DNA of 19,895 nt from a virus. The notes under the pieces were generated by a model, which was not told the origin of the DNA, did no database searches, and saw nothing but the letters and a program-made list of their open reading frames with translations. Positions 15,666-19,895 of the stretch are shown here, in pieces; the stretch's first letter is position 1; every line of letters begins with the position of its first letter. The position numbers and the translations under genes were made by a program. Where the stretch lies: IMG/VR virus record IMGVR_UViG_3300008050_000030, one strand, 5' to 3'.

Positions 15666-16465
15666 CAGCTACATCCGCTGGTCGCTCCGCAGTCCTCGCA
15701 GACACCGCAGGTGCCGGACTGCTTCATCCGCATGCTCCCGCAATGGGAGCAGCTGTCGCCGGTGTAGCCGGCCCCCACCGCAATCTCCCGCGACATCGTG
15801 ACCGCGGGAGCGTGAGGGTTGCCCTTCCACGCCTCTGCGGCATCGAACTTCGCTACGGCCTCTGGAGCCGGCCCCTCTACGGGAGTGAGCAGCTCCTTGG
15901 AGGGGTGGCCCAGGGTGTCAGGACGGAGGTTCTCCTCGGTGACGTCGGTGTGCGCGAGGTCGGCCATGCCCAGGTAGCTGATGGCCAGCTCCCGGAAGAT
16001 GTAATCGACCACGGAGGTCGACATCTTGATCCGGTCGTTGCCCGTCACCATCCCGCTCGGCTCGAACCGGCTGAAGATGAACAGGTGCACGAACTTCTCC
16101 AGGGGCACTCCGTGCTGGAGACCCAGGGAGACCGCGATGCCGAAGCAGTTCATCAGCGACCGGAAGGCCGCGCCCTCCTTGTGCATGTCGACGAAGATCT
16201 CGCCGAGCGTGCCGTCCTCGTACTCTCCCGTCTTGAGGAAGATCTTGTGGCCGGCGACGCGCGCCTTCTGGGTGTAGCCCTGACGCCTGTCCGGGAGGCG
16301 TCGTCGAGAGGTCTTCTCCGCCAGAGCCTTCCAGAGCAGCTCCGGACACCGCCGGTCGACGGTGCCCTCGGCGGTCGACTCGCAGTGGCGGCAGTAGGCC
16401 ACCACTGCGCCGTCGCCGTCCGGCTCGACCCAGTCGTGATCGTACTTGGGGTCGAAGTCCGCCAC
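15665..16465 (-). CDS. Orphan C-terminal segment of a ribonucleotide reductase large subunit, most like class II adenosylcobalamin-dependent NrdJ (a split NrdJb-like piece), with a Cys-rich C-terminal tail.
   Basis: The block [112 protein letters not shown] matches the conserved C-terminal core of RNR alpha subunits. The tail [28 protein letters not shown] resembles RNR C-terminal redox or Zn tails. The GTG start is preceded by GAGGAGG. No N-terminal catalytic half of an RNR is present in this window. Confidence 0.6.
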   Translation of the reverse strand: MADFDPKYDHDWVEPDGDGAVVAYCRHCESTAEGTVDRRCPELLWKALAEKTSRRRLPDRRQGYTQKARVAGHKIFLKTGEYEDGTLGEIFVDMHKEGAAFRSLMNCFGIAVSLGLQHGVPLEKFVHLFIFSRFEPSGMVTGNDRIKMSTSVVDYIFRELAISYLGMADLAHTDVTEENLRPDTLGHPSKELLTPVEGPAPEAVAKFDAAEAWKGNPHAPAVTMSREIAVGAGYTGDSCSHCGSMRMKQSGTCGVCEDCGATSGCS

Positions 16466-16711
16466 CTAGTCCTCCTCGGCCTCGAAGTAGGCGAGGTCCA
16501 GGCCGGCGAGGCACTGGTCGAGCAGGTCGAAGCCGTTGGCGTACTCCACCTCGATCTTCGTGGGGACGGAGTAGCTGTCCTCCATGCCCTCGATCTCGGC
16601 CTTGCAGTCCTTGCGGCTCTTGGCCCGGACGTGGGTGGGCTCCTCGACGTTGCCGTCCTCGTCCTCTTCGTACTCGGTCAGGTCCTTGGCGAGCCAGTAG
16701 GTGAGCTTCAT
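16466..16711 (-). CDS. Hypothetical small, highly acidic protein (81 aa), a candidate DNA-mimic-type protein.
   Basis: The ATG lies in an ATGA overlap with the upstream stop. The composition includes YEEDEDGNVEEP and YFEAEED. Its stop TAG directly abuts the GTG start of the RNR fragment. Confidence 0.5.
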   Translation of the reverse strand: MKLTYWLAKDLTEYEEDEDGNVEEPTHVRAKSRKDCKAEIEGMEDSYSVPTKIEVEYANGFDLLDQCLAGLDLAYFEAEED

Positions 16712-17097
16712 GTGTCTTCTCCGGTGAGGGGGCGGATCATGTAGATCTCGTCCCCGGTTGCGCTGTCGTGGTGGAAGTTCTGCAGGCGGATCTGCTGACC
16801 CGCCATGTCGATCCAGATCTTGAAGTGGCACTCGGTCTTGGGGAGGATCTGCCGCAGCATCTCCTCGGCGTGTTCGGCGATGAACTCCTTCTGGCCGTTC
16901 GACTTTCGCCAGCCGAAGTCCTTGACCGTGGCGAGCCAGCGGCAGTCCTGCGGCATCATGCCATCGATGTGATCCTGGAAGCTCTCCAGGAACAGGGTCC
17001 ACAGTGCGGGGCCGTCCTCGCCGCTCTCCTCATCCTCGAAGCCCCAGGACAGGTTGGGCTCTCCGAACTCGGGCTCTCCGAAGGTAGGCAGCGACAT
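16708..17097 (-). CDS. Hypothetical protein (129 aa).
   Basis: The ATG at 17097 overlaps the upstream stop by 1 nt (TGATG). AAGGAGG lies 5 nt upstream. The N-terminus is acidic. Confidence 0.55.
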   Translation of the reverse strand: MSLPTFGEPEFGEPNLSWGFEDEESGEDGPALWTLFLESFQDHIDGMMPQDCRWLATVKDFGWRKSNGQKEFIAEHAEEMLRQILPKTECHFKIWIDMAGQQIRLQNFHHDSATGDEIYMIRPLTGEDT

Positions 17098-17693
17098 CAG
17101 CCCTCCTTGAGGCACCCGCACACGAAGCGGGCCTTGTTGTGTTCGACGCAGAGGCCGCACTGCCAGTGGCCGGGGGTGCCGACGGTGGGGCAGTTGAGCC
17201 TCTGCAGATCATCGTTGATCGGGTCTCTCCCGTGGAGAGCTCGGAACTCGTAGGCCGTGTAGGGATTCTCCTCCAGGTCCCGTTCCGGCCCCCCCAGCGT
17301 GATGTCGATGGTGATGGTGGTGAGGGGGTGCTCCAGCACGAGATCGTACTCAAAGAGGGAGTAGACGATCTTGGTCGGGTCCTCCTCGTCCACTTCCACG
17401 GTGACCTCGCGGGTCACGGAGTCGGGGCAGACGCGCCCGACCCGTGACCCCTCGGCGGTGTAGAGGCTCCCGTCCCCCTCCAGGCGCGCCCCTTGGGAAC
17501 GGAACCACAGCTGGAGCAGCGCCCAGTCCTGTGCCTTGTTGTGGGGGCCGGTCCTCATCTGATGGTCGCGAAGAAGCTCCTCGAGCTTCGCCTGCAGGGC
17601 TGCCAGGAACCCCGCGTTGATGTTGAACCTTCCGATGTAGCCGGTCAGCGTGTCCCGGACGATGCCCAGGAACTCCTCGTCCTGGGCAGACAT
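17097..17693 (-). CDS. Cys-rich (zinc-ribbon-like) protein of 198 aa. Its N-terminal helix and a central strand mimic the conserved C-terminal domain of the tail sheath protein.
   Basis: The ATG at 17693 overlaps the AAA+ gene stop by 1 nt (TGATG). FLGIVRDTLTGYIGRFNINAGFLAALQAKLEELL aligns with sheath FLRNALRNLIGRFNITPQFLNNLATVIQGQL, and HPLTTITIDITL aligns with sheath TPLYPANQIRVTL. The C-terminal cluster is C-x11-C-x2-C-x9-C-x-C. The ORF-track 505-aa ORF at 17097..18614 is a frame artefact upstream of this start. Confidence 0.6.
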   Translation of the reverse strand: MSAQDEEFLGIVRDTLTGYIGRFNINAGFLAALQAKLEELLRDHQMRTGPHNKAQDWALLQLWFRSQGARLEGDGSLYTAEGSRVGRVCPDSVTREVTVEVDEEDPTKIVYSLFEYDLVLEHPLTTITIDITLGGPERDLEENPYTAYEFRALHGRDPINDDLQRLNCPTVGTPGHWQCGLCVEHNKARFVCGCLKEG

Positions 17694-18691
17694 CAGGGAG
17701 TCGCCTTCCGGCGCTTCTTGGGCTTCGGCTTGGCCTTGGGCACGTCCAGCACGTTGAGGCTGGCGACGTCGACCCCCATGCGCGCCTGCACCTTCTTGAC
17801 GTAGAACTCGCGCTGCTGCGCTTCCTCGAACTTGAAGGTGGACAGGAGCAGCGCCTTGGGCACCCCCCAGAGTGCTGCGTTGCGGCAGATCTGGTGCAGG
17901 TCGGACGTGGACAGCGAGTACTCGAACGTCCCCGTCCGGGTGTCGCCGGCGAGCTCCAGCAGCATCGAGACGAAGGGCTTGTCGCCCGCGACCTTCTCGG
18001 CGAAGACGGCGTCCGGGATGGCCTTGTCGTCGTCGCAGGCCGAGGCCCGCAGCCCCATCAGGATCTTCAGCTCTTGCTCCTTGGGCGGGTAGTCCAGGAA
18101 GATGGGCTGCACGCGCCGCTTGAAGTCGTCGTTCAGGGCGTTGGTGCCTCCGTAGGCGCTGGGGTTCATGGTCATCACGACCCAGAGCTTCGCGCCGATG
18201 TCGAGGCTGAAGGCGCGGCCCAGCTTGTGGACGTTGATCGTCCCCTGGAAGTCCAGGAGCGGGTTCAGCGTCTTCTGGGTCTGGGGCCGCAGGGCGTTGA
18301 CCTCGTTGATGAGCAGGATGGCACCGTCGCCGGCCTCGGTCTTGGCGACGAAGCGCTCGTGCATCTCGTTGGCCACTTCGATGGCCGTGGTGAGGGCTCC
18401 GAGCCCGAAGAACGAGGTGTCCCCCTCGAGGCCGAAGGCGCCGATGAGGTCGAGGTCGCGGGTCTCTTCGGTGCAGCTGTACTCGATGATGGGCAGCCCC
18501 GTCTCCTGAGCGAGGGCGTAGACGGACATGCTCTTCGCCATGCCCGTGGGGCCGACGACGAGCAGGGGGTCGTGGAAGGTGGACTGGCGGAGGAACCCCA
18601 GAAGGCCGGTGCAATCGACGTAGGGGACTTCCGCCTGGAAGTAGGACTCGAGCGGCATGCGGCGCAGCTCGTAGGCAGCCTGATCAGACAA
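17693..18691 (-). CDS. CobS/CbbQ/NorQ-like MoxR-family AAA+ ATPase (AAA_5 type) with a lysine-rich C-terminal tail.
   Basis: The Walker A motif reads LLVVGPTGMAKS, the Walker B and sensor region reads AILLINEVNALRPQTQKTLNPLL, and a CobS-like MTMNPSAYGGTNALNDDFKRR motif is present. The C-terminus is KAKPKPKKRRKATP. The start is either TTG at 18691, with GGAGAG upstream, or ATG at 18658. It is the first gene of the minus-strand operon. Confidence 0.8.
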   Translation of the reverse strand: MSDQAAYELRRMPLESYFQAEVPYVDCTGLLGFLRQSTFHDPLLVVGPTGMAKSMSVYALAQETGLPIIEYSCTEETRDLDLIGAFGLEGDTSFFGLGALTTAIEVANEMHERFVAKTEAGDGAILLINEVNALRPQTQKTLNPLLDFQGTINVHKLGRAFSLDIGAKLWVVMTMNPSAYGGTNALNDDFKRRVQPIFLDYPPKEQELKILMGLRASACDDDKAIPDAVFAEKVAGDKPFVSMLLELAGDTRTGTFEYSLSTSDLHQICRNAALWGVPKALLLSTFKFEEAQQREFYVKKVQARMGVDVASLNVLDVPKAKPKPKKRRKATP

Positions 18692-18767
18692 GGATCTCTC
18701 CGGTAGTAAGAGTGGCGAGATCCTTATTGCGCAATCTCCGCTGTTCTTTCGGGGTAGAGTCTCTCGC
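18692..18767. promoter_or_regulatory. Divergent intergenic region with lower GC, likely holding promoters for the minus-strand operon and the plus-strand GT2 gene. It contains the palindrome TTGCGCAA.
   Basis: GC content drops locally (ccttattgcgcaatctccgctgttctttc). An 8-bp perfect palindrome lies at about 18726-18733. A TAGAGT -10-like hexamer lies upstream of the GT2 ATG. Confidence 0.35.
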
Positions 18768-19589
18768 ATGCCGATCGCCTCGATCATCATCCCCACCTGC
18801 AACCGCGACGCCGCCCTAGCCCGCGCGGTCAACAGCGCGTTGTCTCAGTCGATCTCGGACACCGAAGTCATCGTGGTCGACGACGCCTCGCAGGACCAGA
18901 CTGCGGAGGTCCTCAACGAGCTCCTGCGGATGGATGATCGACTGAGGGTGCTGCAACTCCCCATCCCACTGGGGTTGTCCGGAGGGCTGCAGCGGAACGA
19001 GGCCGTGAAGATGGCGCGCGGAGAGTACATCGCGTACCTCGACGACGACGACGTCCTGACCTACCGCTCCATCGAAGCACGCATCGAGTTCCTGCGGCAC
19101 CGCCCCCAGCTCGACTTCTGCTGGGGGCGCACCCTCTTCATCCGGCACACCGTGGGGCACCCAGACCTGGACGGCCGAGTTGTGGCCCGCCTGGTCAAGG
19201 AGCCGCGGCCCGGTCCCGGGGAACCGAACGGGCTTCACTGGGTGCGGGGCACCGTCATCCCTGACGAGTTCATGCACCGCGCCGGCGTCGTTGGCGAGAA
19301 GAGCGGGGTGTGGTGGCCCAGCGGGCGTGGAGAGGATCGCAAGCTGCTCCAGGCCATCATCAAGGCCGGCTTCAACGGTGCGGCCTGCGACGAGGTGGTC
19401 GCCATCTACGGACGGACGGTCGGCTACACCGACTCTGCCCACAGGCAGACGAAGGCGAGGCAGGCACGCAAGGTGAAGGGGGCGACGCAGGTGCGGCCCC
19501 CCGGTCTACGGCGGCCGGTGTCCGCCAGCGCCCGGCTCCAGCAGGCCGGGAAGGAGAGGGAGGACCATGTCCGACGCGGAGATCATTGA
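18768..19589 (+). CDS. Family 2 glycosyltransferase (GT-A fold).
   Basis: The N-terminus reads SIIIPTCNRDAALARAVNSALSQS...EVIVVDDASQD, and YIAYLDDDDVL provides the DxD motif. The layout is the classic GT2 catalytic domain. Confidence 0.8.
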   Translation: MPIASIIIPTCNRDAALARAVNSALSQSISDTEVIVVDDASQDQTAEVLNELLRMDDRLRVLQLPIPLGLSGGLQRNEAVKMARGEYIAYLDDDDVLTYRSIEARIEFLRHRPQLDFCWGRTLFIRHTVGHPDLDGRVVARLVKEPRPGPGEPNGLHWVRGTVIPDEFMHRAGVVGEKSGVWWPSGRGEDRKLLQAIIKAGFNGAACDEVVAIYGRTVGYTDSAHRQTKARQARKVKGATQVRPPGLRRPVSASARLQQAGKEREDHVRRGDH

Positions 19590-19895
19590 CCTGGGCCTGG
19601 GGAACGACCCCCGCCAGTGGGCGTGGCGGCTCTACACCAAGATGGAGTGGAAGGACAAGTTCCCCGCCTCCTACGTCCGGCTCAGCGCGATCCAGGACCT
19701 GCTGAGGGAGATCATGGTCTCCTACACGGGGGAGGCGCGCGACGCCATGGTGCGGGCTGCCCTTGACCAAACCGTGCAGCGGGTGCGAAAGGTGCAGGTG
19801 CTGCCCGAGGGCCGTGCCGTATACTTCGAGACCGCAGACGACTACGGTGACTACGGCTACACGGTCACCTTCCCGGAGCTTCAACATGTCCGAGA
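19567..19895 (+). CDS. Hypothetical protein, 3'-truncated by the window end.
   Basis: An ATG at 19567 is preceded by GGAGAGGGAGG. The frame is open to the end of the window and GC3 is high. It overlaps the GT2 gene end by 23 nt. Confidence 0.45.
   Translation, partial: MSDAEIIDLGLGNDPRQWAWRLYTKMEWKDKFPASYVRLSAIQDLLREIMVSYTGEARDAMVRAALDQTVQRVRKVQVLPEGRAVYFETADDYGDYGYTVTFPELQHVR

Noticed and set aside
13199-16744. Long plus-strand ORFs (13199-15247 and 15743-16744) opposite the minus-strand operon.
   Set aside because: They are antisense shadows. The minus-strand genes show coherent RBS placement, start/stop coupling and recognisable domains.
17097-18614. A 505-aa minus-strand ORF overlapping the AAA+ ATPase gene out of frame.
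   Set aside because: Upstream of 17693 it is an Arg/Pro/Gly-rich frame artefact inside the real ATPase gene. Only its last 198 codons (17097-17693) form a genuine gene, which starts at an ATG in a TGATG overlap.
1-19895. A tRNA, CRISPR array, integrase or attachment site, or a non-phage contractile injection system (eCIS or tailocin) rather than a phage.
   Set aside because: No cloverleaf-compatible conserved tRNA motifs or spacer-repeat arrays were seen in the short non-coding stretches. No recombinase motifs were found. A T4-type sheath N-terminus, a homing endonuclease, a GT2 gene and an RNR fragment favour a phage or prophage. eCIS or tailocin origin cannot be formally excluded from 20 kb.

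Overview
This window is high-GC (about 70%) DNA with the organisation of a large contractile-tailed phage or prophage; a tailocin or eCIS cannot be fully excluded. It contains: (i) a plus-strand virion/tail module, positions 1-11056, made of nine tightly packed genes. The core of this module is a giant 1238-aa tail sheath protein, a 270-aa protein sharing a repeated domain with the sheath, and a putative tail tube protein. An HNH homing endonuclease is inserted exactly at the 3' end of the sheath gene and is flanked by a synonymously recoded 28-bp duplication of the sheath terminus. (ii) a perfect 13-bp-stem bidirectional terminator hairpin between the convergent units. (iii) a 12-gene minus-strand operon, positions 11114-18691, with stereotyped stop/start overlaps (TGATG, ATGA, GTGA). 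It runs from a CobS/MoxR-like AAA+ ATPase (AAA_5 type) to a CobT/NorD-like vWA partner. It also holds a Cys-rich protein that mimics the sheath C-terminal domain, an orphan C-terminal fragment of a class II (B12-dependent) ribonucleotide reductase, several small acidic proteins, an RHH regulator and a terminal 245-aa unknown protein. (iv) a divergent, lower-GC promoter region followed by a GT2 glycosyltransferase and a 3'-truncated gene. No tRNA, rRNA, CRISPR, integrase or att sites were seen. All functional calls rest on motifs read by eye and need a database search to confirm.
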